Shown here in pieces: positions 14,601 to 27,034 of a stretch of DNA of 64,000 nt. The stretch's first letter is position 1. Each line of letters starts with the position of its first letter. Position numbers and translations under genes: made by a program. The notes under the pieces are model-generated. The model saw only the letters and a list, made by a program, of their open reading frames with translations, searched no databases and was not told the origin of the DNA. This DNA is from Chrysomallon squamiferum (taxonomy: Eukaryota; Animalia; Mollusca), in contig CM022670.1 of assembly GCA_012295275.1 (NCBI GenBank), forward strand, positions 40,424,001 to 40,488,000. The letters run 5' to 3'.

Positions 14601-16116
14601 TCAGCTATCCATAATCACCACTGTGTATCATTGCACATCACATGCAATTGTTTTAAATGGTTGTCATTAATTTTTTTTTTTTTTTTTTTTTTTTTCTTTT
14701 TCTTATTTCATTTTAGCAGTGTGTGTTTATTTAAATTAATTTTTAGACTATTTTGTTCTCAGCTAAGAAGAAGGAAGCTGAAGAACCAGAGAAAAAAGCA
14801 AAAGATGCCCACGAAGCAGCTTGGAACGGTAAATTGTTTCCTTAGTCTTGTCATTTTGACTTCTGTCATTTATAAAACATAAATGATTGATCCAGAAAAA
14901 TTAAAGATTTAAAAAAATCTAACTGTGTACTGCAGAATAATGATATAAAGGAACCCAGTAAATACCTATTTTAATGTTTAAAATCATTGTTTTATTTTAA
15001 ATTGTAGAGCTAAAGGAACAGAAAGAGAAAGAAAGGGAACGAACTCATGCTTTGCAGGTTTTTGAAGAACTTGATTTGAATAAAGATGATCAGTATGTAT
15101 AATTAAAAACACTAAAGAAAAACATATTTTTGTATTTTCACATTAATCCAGCAGAATGATGTTGAGCATCTGATGTTTGCTTTTAGATATGCAGCATTAA
15201 ATTTTAGGAATAAATTGTTACTTTAGTGATTTTACATTTCCAGGCAGAGCTGGTGTTAGAGTGTTAGCACCCACTGGTTTTATTTAGATTCATGTTCCCC
15301 CATTTAGTGTGATTTCAGTCTGTATCATTTAAATTCATCCTAAGGTTTAGTGTTCTCATGTATATTTATTTTTTAATTTTTTATCTGCCATGCAGTTTTC
15401 CTACTGTCTAAAATGTTCTATGTTCATAAAGTATAAAAAAAAAAAAAAAAAAAAAGTTGTTATATTTTCTGAGTTGAAATGAAACTAATTTTGTTGTGTT
15501 GTTTCCTAGTGTTGACATACATGAGATGAAAACACATGAAGAGTTTGATGTAGATTCAGATGGTACAGTCAGCCATGATGAAGCAAAGGTAATTTAAACA
15601 ATTAAAGCAGTTTAGTGACTAAACATTTTCTAAACATTATCTTATTTTTGTCTAATTTATTTCTGGGCTGTACTTATTTTGGCAACCTCAGAAGCCCCCC
15701 CATCCCCTAATAAAAGGTCTTGAGTTCTGATAAAATGAATACACTAATTTAATATTACAGAGAAACAAACATGCAGAGATACATACATACAAACATGTTA
15801 ATACACATTCACATACAGAAACACACACATACTCATATATACACATACAACACCTATACCCATGTTTTTTTGTGCTTTAGGTTTTTTATTTTAATAATGT
15901 TTGACATATTTTTATTTCTCCAGTCATTAGTTTTTATGCTGTAAATGATAGATAAATTCACTGTGGTTTTATCAAATCTTCATCATCTGAGTATGTGTCC
16001 TTAAGTCAATTTCAGCTAAACTTGAACTTAAATCTGTGAGGTTCAGCTTGTTTAATTAATGTATATTTGACATTATCCATTAATATTTGACATCATCTGT
16101 TGCTTCTTTTTTTTCA

Positions 16117-16149
<33 letters not shown>

Positions 16150-19100
16150 TTTCTGTTCACAGGAATATTTGGAAGATTTGGAGAAGGCTGGAAAGGATGA
16201 GTTCTTGGAGAAAATCTGGCCAAACATCAAAGAAATATACAGATCAGTGAAGAGTGAGCAGGAAGATAAAGGTGACAAACAGGAGGAGAGCAAGGCAGAG
16301 GAGGAAACACAGGAGGAAGAGATACAGGAGGGCGAACCAGGGGAACCACCCAGCACAACAGAACCACCAATACCACTATACTCTACTACGGTAATGTAAA
16401 TTTTAAACTTTTCTTTCCTTGCGTGAAATTAAATTTGATTTGATTTTCTTTTCTTTCTTTTTTTTAATTCCAAAATATATGTTTTTTTAATTATTATTAT
16501 TTTTATATATATATATATATATATTTATTTGGTGGTTGAGGTAAAATACTTTCCCATTTTCGAGTGCTGTAAAACAAGCTAATATTGTACCAAAGAGTGC
16601 GAATGATTTTTTATACCTTTTTTCTGATTTATTTTTTTATTCCCAATTTATATTTGGATATGTTGGTATGTTTATTTTTAAATTTTTATCCTATTTTCAT
16701 CAATTTTTTTTGGTTTTTGTTTTGTGTGCAAAATTGCTTCTCTTTTTGGAGAATTGAATAAATGCAGAAAGCAGTATTAACAATTTTATGCTGCCGTTAT
16801 AACTTGAGCCTTTAATACCATAGTAAAAAATAATCACCCAGAAATTGGAATCTACAAGCAGACAGTCTAAATTATTTTTATTTAATTTTAGACAACACAG
16901 TAAAAACAGGCGGTCATTTTCTGATAAGGTATCAATCAGAAGCTAAAGTACAACGTTGGTATTAAAATCATTGTTCATTTTGTTTGTGCTGAACTGTCTT
17001 TTAATCAATTAATTAACTGATCAAAAAAAAAAATCACATGTCAGCATTGCCTGTAGAATCTAATATTCATTATTAAACCTAATTATAAATGATCACTTTA
17101 ATTAGATGCAGTATTAGTCAGCTTAGACACATTACCCTTAAAATCTAGATCACGATTTACCAGTGGACTAAATGGCAGAGATGGAAAAAAAAAAAAAGAG
17201 AAGAAATTTCTGGCTAATCTACCTTGATCCTTTATAGTTTCTGCAGTCAGTAGTTTATTTTTATTTATGTGTGGGTATGTGATATTATAGGCAGATCACC
17301 CATCCCCTCCTGACATACAAGCCCCATCCCCACCCACTGATATTGATGATATTGAAGAGGGTCACACTGAAGAGGATGATCGAGATGATGACGATGATGG
17401 TGATGATGGTGATGATGTTTTTCCTGTGAGTAGATATTCACAAACTTCAATGCAGCCTGAGCTGAGACCACTGTTTGAGGGGTGTTGGTGTCAGTCACCA
17501 TAGAACTGCAGGCAGTCAAATTATATATGTGTATAACTGCAGCCATGTTTTCTTTTGCATGTTGGGAACCTCTTCATTACCCATCCCCTAACCAGTTCCC
17601 AAAACACTGTGCATTGTGATGTTTTTATTGTTGTTTTTCTAACCAGGACACCAAAATATCGTATAAGCTGTTAGGTATGTTTGTTTTAAAACTGAGTTTT
17701 ATTCAGAAAAATGTCTACATAATGACATGATAACCCCTCCAAAATTTATAATAATGACAATAAAATTTTTTTTTTTTTTTAATGTAATGTGCTTTATTGT
17801 GCAGAATTGTTTTATAGAAATTAAGAAATACAAACAGCAATAAAAGTTTATTTCATGACTATTACTGTAAGTACTGATATGCATTTATCTTCTCTTACAA
17901 ACAAAACAAATCTTTTTCTGTTGGTATATTATAACATGATGGAAGGTTAAAAGATTGATTATTTATTGAATTCTACCAGTTAAATAAAATACTGTTACAA
18001 TTTTTGTGTCCTGATATTACTGACCTGGTATGAAATATGTTTGTGGTACTAATAAAATCATCTTCAGTTACTTAACATTGAGATTTTTAATCAGATATAC
18101 AAAAAACTTTAGCTTATTTATACACAGCAAAAACAATTTAGAAAATAAAAATAATTAAAAAAATGAATAAATAAATAAAAAAATAAAATATCATACATAT
18201 GGTTGGTTAAATTCCATTACAACATTTGCTTTTTTCCCCACATTAATTTGTGAAATAATAAAGTTCATTAAAATGTACATTAAGTTATACAAAGAAATCG
18301 TCTTAATATGTTCTGCATTATTCCAAATTGTATTTGTTTTCTGCAAGCAAATCTTAATTAAAACAAAACAGCACAATTAAAAAACATTTGTGCTGTTTTT
18401 CTGCCATCATGAACTGATTCTCTCTTGTTCCTTTTACATCTGTTAGTCTGCTTCATACTTCAAATTGGTTAAAATGGTGGCCTAATTTCTTACTAACAAT
18501 TATTAGTTGCTCAAACAAAATAAAATAATAAGTACAAATAATGTTTTTAGACCATTCATTCATTCATGTTGACTAAAAGTAGCTGAAGATTTTTGTATAT
18601 TCTAAGCTCATGCATTGATTCACATTTGTATGTTACAGTTCCTGATTCCAAATATTCCTTTCATTGTCATGTGTGCACTGTATTAAAGATGAGAGAAAAA
18701 ATATTTTAAACTGAGAAAACCAGTCTAAAAATAAAAATAATAATAATAATTATTATTATTATTATTAAAAAAATTGATAATAATAAATAAAGAATCAAAG
18801 ATATACAGGATCATGAAAAAGTCGAACATCAATGAATTTGGCAAATACAGGCCTCTAGGTATATTACATGAATTCTTGCCTGTAATATTTTATTATATTT
18901 TCACATATTTTATTTTTTTCATTATATCAATAATCTGCCAAAAACAAATATTAATTTTAATAATGTTCTTCAAACTGAAGGCAGCTGCAGATTTTAATTT
19001 AAATCAGAATTTGTTTTAAAGGATTCTTGAGCTGCATGTTGCAGTTTGTTATTGTAAACATTCTTCTTTTGTTATTTTTGCACTGTGGGGCATGAATTAT

Positions 19101-20711
19101 ATGCATTTTCTTCATAAACAAACATAAATTTTATAGCTTTTTAACACTGGGGTTTCATTTAAATAATTACAACAGGTTTGAAGCATGATCATGTTTTTAT
19201 TTGTTTCTGCTACCATATGATTCATATGCATATTAAATAAAAGAGCATTGGTGTGTATTTTTTGAAGAGCTTTCTTTAACCAGCTATCAAATGCATAATG
19301 CTGTTATTAATAATTTAAATGCCAGAAAGCAAAATATTTAACATAGGTTAACTCCTGACATAATGTCTTTCAGTTTCACTACAACATGCATTAATTTAAA
19401 AATATGTTGAAAATTTAAAACATGACTGATTCAGAAAATATTATATTGCAGAACTGCATTAACAAATCATTCAGTGTAAAAATAATTTTTTTAAATATCG
19501 TGTTGCAGGAGATCCTGTCTCAGTCTGTTTTGAATTCAAGACATTTTTAATATCATCTTGACAACAAATTTTTAAAATAATCGTGTTTCCAGATAAGAAA
19601 ATAATTAGATATTTTTAGTTGTTATTAACACTTTAATACTGGAAAGGAGTGGTTATGTCTTTTTAATAGGTTAAAGTTTTTCACATGCTTCTGTTTGTGT
19701 TGATTAAATGTTTGTATCCTGTCAGTATCAGTTTTTCATAAATCTGTTAGTGAAATGTGTTAGAATTTATCTGAGCATGACTCATTTAGTGTAAATCATA
19801 AAGATAAATTGGTAAAATGCATGCTTAGAAACAGTAAATCTCTATAATTATTTTCTGTGAACTGTGAAAGACAAATAAAAGTTTGTATTGCTGTGTAAAT
19901 TTTAAATGAGATTCAGAATCTTCAATTTAATTAATTCTGTAAATTATGAAATTAGCAGAAAGTTCAGTCTCTATGCATCTTTGTTATTTTATTGTTACAC
20001 ATCGTTGTTAAACAAAGCCTGCTCATCCAGTAGCACTGTTCTTCATTAGAAACTTGTAACTAAACTGAGTGCATATTTGACTTGTAGCCAGCTGAAAAAA
20101 AACATGAAGAAGAAGAACCTATGCCTGACTATGATGAAGAAACTAAAAAACTTATTGAAGGTAAGAACAGTTTTGGTGTGTGTGTGTGTGTTGTGTGTGT
20201 TGTGTGTTGTGTTGTGTGTGTGTGGTGTGTGTGGTGTGTGTGTGTGTGCGTGCGTGCGTGCGTGTGTGCGTGTTTTACCAAAGCATTTTTTTTTTTTTTT
20301 TTTATAATTATGATTTGTGAGATATTATAAACTCCATGCTATGTGTTAATGTTGCTGTTAATGATATTATCAATTAATTAGAACTTATTGTATTTTACTG
20401 CAAGAGATTATTTACAAATAAAAAGGACAGACATTTTGGTTTTTTTGTTCTTGGATACATACCTAATAACCATGAATTCTGATTTGCTAGTTTGTTTATT
20501 GAACCATATGTACTTTTTAACATTTTATATAGTTTGCCAGTTAAGAGAACTGTCATTACAACTTTTCTGTTTCAGCTGCGGATGCAGCACGGCAACAATA
20601 TGAAGAAGTTGAAAGAAAAGTTAGAGATGTGGAAAGTGAAATTTCGTAAGATTTTATTTATTTTATTATTACTTATTTCCCTCCCCTTTTGATCTGCAAA
20701 CTTGTCAAAAA

Positions 20712-20759
<48 letters not shown>

Positions 20760-22557
20760 TATATTTTTTATCAATTTAATTATTTATGCTTAACAGTAAT
20801 ATAGTTGGATACAAGATAGATAATACCTGCATTATATGTATGCCCTGATAACATTATACATAGGAATTCTATTGACTGCTGATAAAGAAAATAGTATTTC
20901 CACTTTTTAAAATCTTTCTAATGCACTTGTGTCATTCTTTATGGAAACTTCAGGTTTTTATAAACGTCTTCACTCATATGTTACTTCAGTTAATAATTTT
21001 AACAGAAAGTTTTATTTAAAAAAACCTGTATCCAGTATTTGGATTAGTTTATGAAAGATATTTTGCAAATATTGGGCAGATTTACTCTCATTACTGCCAA
21101 TCATTTCTGCCATGTTATAACCTGTAATAACAATTAGTTTTAAATTTTTTATTTTTCTGGAAGCAGGTTTTAAATATGTTTATTTTTGCTCTTGTTATTG
21201 TTACTGTTGTTTTATTTTTCAGAGGTTTAAAAAAATACTTAGAGACTGATTTTGGTCCAGAACAAGAATTTGCATTTTTAGAAAATCAGTGTTTTGACTA
21301 CAGTGATAGGGAATATACATACAGACTGTGTCCTTTTAACAAAGCATCACAGAGACCCAAAGACGGAGGAAGTGAAACAAGTTTAGGGTATTTATCATGT
21401 TACTATGGTAATGTAATTTTAATATAAATGGAAATGGAAAGAATTTATGCATTATTAATTGAATCGTGGTAAAATAAAGTTAATCTGTAAATATAATGTT
21501 TTCTTTAGTGTCATTGTACAACTTACATTACTATTACAATATATTTTTATTTCATTTTTATAAGCATACTCTTATTATTACATATATTTCTCCATTTTGT
21601 TTTGCTGGTTATAATTACATTGTTAAGAATTTGACATTTATTTAACTTTATAAATAATTTCTGGTTTTCTCTAATATTCATTCTAAGTTGTGCTATTAAA
21701 TTATTAAAACTTTCTGGTATAAAAAATGTAAATAACAAGGATAATTTCCATTTGCTGTTTTATTTCAGAATATGGGGACATTGGGATGGCACAGGAGATA
21801 ATAAATATTCAGCACAAAAATATGAAAGGGGTCAGAACTGTTGGAATGGACCAGATAGATCTGTCAGGGTAAGTCAGAGTAATCAACTGAGTAATTACAC
21901 TTTCTATAACAATGTGCACAACCTCTGTCAAGAGGAAAGAACTGGACAATTTCAACTTTACAAATCCATTACTTTACCTTTACTGAAAAATCTGACTAGG
22001 ATAACTAATTTGTACCTAATATTACTACTTTTATAAAGTTGAGAAAAAATACAAAATACAATAAATTGTTTAATTATTAAGCAAGATGTTGAAAGTTTTT
22101 TGTTTGTATAACAGCATCATTAAAATACAGGTTTTTTCTCTGACATTTTAATTAATAACTAATACATAAAATAAATTGTTGTCAAAATAAAATGTAATCA
22201 GCAATAAATGTAATAAAATAAAATTAATATCTTTGTATTTTAAAATCTGTGGTATCAGTGCAATCCTAGATGACCTCTTTGAATACTTTCTGATTCTGTT
22301 TTAATGAAGTTCTTTTTAGAATTTTGAGGTGCTCTTGTTTGCATTTTGGTTAGCTCTGTTAAAAGATTTTGTTTAATGATAATTATTTAAAATATTCTTA
22401 TTTTTTACAGGTAATATTTCAATGTGGTTCAGAAAATGCTTTGCTTTCTGCTTCTGAACCTAGTCGGTGTGAATACCAGTTTGATTTTGCTACTCCAGCA
22501 GTCTGTCAGCCATTAACTCCAGAAGAAGAAAAATCAGAATTTCATGATGAATTATAA
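8610..22557 (+). CDS. PRKCSH: Glucosidase II beta subunit (80K-H), 16 coding exons, ~567 aa
   Basis: Exons 8610-8691, 9697-9831, 10232-10327, 10503-10563, 10779-10896, 11202-11265, 14763-14828, 15008-15092, 15510-15588, 16163-16390, 17291-17425, 20088-20160, 20576-20645, 21223-21387, 21769-21868 and 22411-22557 sum to 1704 nt in phase. The protein has a signal peptide [52 protein letters not shown]-hand-like DLNKDD/DVDSDG, an acidic region, an MRH domain ([26 protein letters not shown]) and C-terminal HDEL. Confidence 0.97.
10954..11090. repeat. Degenerate ~31-bp tandem repeat (~4.5 copies) in a PRKCSH intron
   Basis: A TGTTGAGAAGTCCATTCCAGATCATCAA-like unit recurs with ~31-nt period. Confidence 0.8.
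12625..13780. repeat. 35-bp minisatellite, 33 copies, in PRKCSH intron 6
   Basis: The unit GTGTCTGTAGTA(A/T)TA(T/C)CA(A/G)AGAATGACAGAAACCA repeats head-to-tail with exact 35-nt period and no spacers. Confidence 0.98.
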
Positions 22558-24068
22558 CATTAAGTGTTTGTAGACAATATCTCTGCATTTTTAATAGAAC
22601 TATTTCATTTTGTGTCTTCTTCATACCATTTCAGAGAATCCTAAATAACAATTTTTAAAAATTTACATTTTAACAACACATGGCAATTATTTTTTGTGCA
22701 TCTTAATTATAGTATTTTGAACTTGTATTATGTCACAGTACATCAAAAATGTTTATTTTGAAGAAATTAATTTAATAAATGTGTGGTTAAATGCTTAAAT
22801 CACAACTTATTTTGTTCATCAGTATGATCATGCACCATTACCGTTGTTGTAATAAAATTGTTTTTTTTTTTTTTTCTGTGTTGTCATTTTATTTTGAAAT
22901 GAAGAAATTTCAGGATATGTTGCAAAGATACTTTTTCTACAGCTTCAGCGAATGAATAAACATTTAATGATGTTGATGTTTCTGCATATTGATATATGAC
23001 AGAAGGCACCTGCATCATTGTTTTCCACTCATTCTAAGTTCCCAGATCATATCCCAGATCTGTCCTCCAATGAGTGAACTAAAGCTTTCCTTTTGATCAA
23101 ATTGTACGTGATTTAGTAACATTGATGTAAAAAATACTGAATAAATAATATTCTTCAGTACGATTTGAAATACAGAATGCTAAAATGCTGCCTGCTTTTA
23201 TTAGGTTTGAATAAAATGGATTTTAAAAAGATGATTTTTTTTTTTTTTCATAATGAACAGCTTTTATAGTTTATATTTTAAGAAAAGGCTGTAGAATCTG
23301 GAGACCAGTGTCCCTTGCAGTTTGACTGCTGAGAATGTAAAATCTTGAAACAATGACAATTCACACACTCAGATAATTTAACAACACCCTAAGATATCCT
23401 AATAATGATGGTTATTAAGTATCAGAACACAGCTTCTGTACAATATCAAATAGCCAAAATTTGCATTAATTGGAAAATGCACATTTGTTTCTTATATTTA
23501 TCTATAAGTTAAAACCATATCATTCTTCTCAAAAAAAAAATTTGGCTGTGACACTTGCATCTGCTTAAAATAAAAAATTTCTGTAATAAATGCTCAAGTT
23601 GTGATCAAAAGAAAATTACAAAAACCAGATCATTTTATGTAGTTTATTGTTAGTAATTTATACTCTAATTCAGTTGAGATGTTCAAGCTTCCTTCATCTT
23701 CTTTTAATAAATGTTAAATCTCTTTTGCTTTTTGTAAGAAAACATTCTATCACATTACATGATTGTTCTGCATGCATCCATCACACTGCAGTTACACACA
23801 ACATTAATAACATGATGATTGATCATTTGACTGATTTTTGACAAAATAGAACACTGCAAAGTCATCACACAATACACAATCACACACACATCGAATGATT
23901 TATCCTTTAACTGTTACATAATACATAATTAGCTAGAATGATAGGTTCAACAATCCATTCCTGTGTAACAAAGGAATTATTTTTTTTTTCTTTCTTTCAC
24001 ACATCAAGCAGTTTTAAATGTTTAATGATTTCTATTTTAACCCCATATACTACAGAATTTATTTAGCA

Positions 24069-25545
24069 TCATGTATAATCCTGTGGTTTTAAATATGTTT
24101 CATTGTCCATCACCACTCTTGTTACTGCAGCTCCAAAATAATCTATCACATAATCCGATCCATCTGATGGCTTAACAACCTGAAATTAAAAACACATTTT
24201 TTATTATTTGTATATTGTTTTTTGAGTAACAACATCACATGTGCCAGTCAGAATTTTAGTAATGCAAGGATCAAGGAATTTATAACCTACAAACTAAACT
24301 GAGAAATTTAATATCTCTCAACAGTAATTGTTTTCTGTCTTGATTAGAATATATATTTTTAGATGTATTTTTTTTTTACCTGAGTGGCAATTAGCAAAAT
24401 GTCAACAAGCTGTCCTAAGAACATAAATCCCATTGTCGCAAACTTCACCAGTCCTGTTAATAAATATACAATTGTTAAATTTAAAACATGGATACTATTA
24501 TGGAATTGTACAAATACTGTCATTTTGTGCTTTTAAGAATTCAATTGTTTACCTTAACAAAATATAATAGTGCTGTGCTTCGTATTTTCCAAATATAACT
24601 TATTAAACATAATATTACAAAGGTTAAAAAACATTAAATATGTTTAACAACTAACTGCTGGTACTTAAACTAATTTAATTGAAGAAACGATTTTTGGTTG
24701 TCACAATTTATGTAATACTTAACATATTTCAGGCAAATTTTATACAAAAACATATATAAAATGTTGGCAAATAAAAAAATAATATCTACCTATAGCAGGA
24801 TAACCAAGATAAAAACGGTCTATTCCAAGCATGCCTAAGAATATTGATAACAGAAGTGATACTTCAAAAGAATGACCGTTTCTGAAAAAGGAAAAAAATT
24901 CAAATAAATTGTTATGTATGGACTCTCATGAATAAAAATAAAAATTATGTAGGAATATTTTTAATTAAAACAAAAGAATAATAATAACAATCTTTTATAC
25001 AGTTGTTGTGAAAAATTTAATTATAAAGATTAAATTATTTTCAAAATAAATTATTTCAAAAATTAGAAGTGAAATAATAGTACTATTTATTTTTCTGAAT
25101 AATTTATAAATAAAGACAAGACATAAATACATCTGACAATGATAGATTTGCAAAAGCAAGTACTTACGTCCACTTGCAGGGAACTATTTTATGAAAACCA
25201 ACCGAAGATCCATTGTATGTGATTCCATCGCAGGTAATATTCACTGCAGGTCTGCATGGAACTAAAACACATTGTGAATCATCATCAAAGAGAATTTATT
25301 TATATACAGTGCAAAATAGTGAAAGAATATTCAACACAATTTTAACAGTTATAACAATGGTTATCAGCTTTAATTTTCATAAAGAAATTTTTTCTTTTAT
25401 AGACTCCTCTGTGGAAGCAGATATGATCTGTTTAGCTGGGGTCAGAATCAGGAGATAATAATCTTAAGTATGATAAAAATGTGTTGTATATACGACGGTA
25501 CAGAGATTTAGTTGATTTATCACAAACAAAATGGTCTGAAGTGTA

Positions 25546-25582
<37 letters not shown>

Positions 25583-26465
25583 ATGCATGCATCAGTGGCA
25601 TATATATATATATATATATATTTTTTTTAATTATTAATACGTTATAACTTTAGTAAATGTTTATAACAATCATACCTAAAACAGTTCTTGTGTTTTTGTC
25701 ACAAGCTTTTGCTTGCTGTGTTTCAGCATCAATTTCTGGTTCATCACAAAGATATCTGATACTGAGTTAAAGAAATTAACTTGCACAACATTTGTATATG
25801 TTCTATGACAATTCAATATCTTTTATTACATTTAATGGTTTTTAGATAACAGATACTTTGATTTTTATAATGACAGTATGAGAAAAGAAACTAGTGGCCC
25901 ATCAGTCATCATTTTTCATTGTCTTTAATAACAGTATTTGCTGTTCTGCCATTTAACTATATGATTATATCATATTCTACTTTATTAATATTAGGTTACA
26001 AGAATTACAAAACAATCATGTTAAGTATACACTGGTAAATTAATATGTGATTATTTTTATTTTACCTAATACAGTAATAATATACAGGTATAACAAACAA
26101 ACAAACAAACAAACAAACAAACAAACAAAAAAATAAATAAATAAATAAATAAATTAATTAACATTAATTAATAAATAATAATAATAATTATAATAAAATA
26201 TATACATTATATATTTATTTTTTTGAACATTTATTTTCTTGAAATCAAATAAACTGAATCAGTGAATGAATGTTGAATTACAATTTATAAACTATATACT
26301 AATATAGTATATTCAATATTGCATATTAGGATACTGTCCCATTAACAGCTGATTACATTTGAATTCATTATTCTCCTCACTTTCGGAAACTGCAAAAATA
26401 GCAGCCAGTAGTGTACAAAATATGATGAAAACATTCGTGAAGTGTACAAAACGAAAATACTCCAT
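24069..26465 (-). CDS. TM2D1: TM2 domain-containing protein 1 (beta-amyloid binding protein-like), 6 exons, ~193 aa
   Basis: Exons 26465-26335, 25755-25676, 25261-25168, 24881-24790, 24453-24380 and 24179-24069 sum to 582 nt. The protein has a signal peptide, CNQLLMGQYLCDEPEID, a TM2 domain (NGHSFEVSLLLSIFLGMLGIDRFYLGYPAIGLVKFATMG..DILLIATQVVKPSDGSDYVIDYFG) and the end NETYLKPQDYT*. The ORF track misses it. Confidence 0.94.
25756..26334 (-). other. U12-type GT-AG intron (TM2D1 intron 1)
   Basis: The donor is CA|GTATCCTAA. The 3' end is TTCTTTAACtcagtatcag|A, with the branch box about 11 nt from the AG. The junction restores GQYLC. Confidence 0.8.
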
Positions 26466-27034
26466 TGATAAACACAAATCAGAAAATACTTAACTGAATT
26501 TTCACTTGTTTACGCCTCAAAAGATTAATACTGAGAAAGGAAAAGGAACAGTCTACTAAAATGATCGTTCACTAATTAAGGACGATGAACTGTAATGACA
26601 TCAATTGTAAACAATAGAGGTGAAATTTTATATGTACATTTTTTTCTTATCCAGTACATGTTTGATATGTCACTGACATAGATAATGTCATTAAAATTAA
26701 ATTATAGGACACAAAACTAACTAACATTAACAAAAATATTTAGTAACTAAATAAGGCTACTATTGTACCAAGAGCTGTGTTATTTTGAGAATTTCATTTT
26801 GTTGAAATCCGGGTCAATGTCATTGATAATAATAATAATAATACTGAGCAAAAATTAACAAACTCATTTATTTATTTAATAAATGTTAAACTGATTTTAA
26901 AACATTCATCAAGGTATAAAAGATTAACTTAGATTGTTTTGAAGACATCCCAAAATAATACAACTGAGTATAAATAAAAACGATAAATAAAGGATGATGT
27001 ATAAAAACGTTAAATATATTTTTAGACACGAAAT
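26466..27034. promoter_or_regulatory. Divergent promoter region of TM2D1/AMDHD2
   Basis: The start codons are 570 nt apart on opposite strands. An acceptor-like tttttag just before the AMDHD2 ATG suggests a 5'-UTR intron. Confidence 0.55.
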
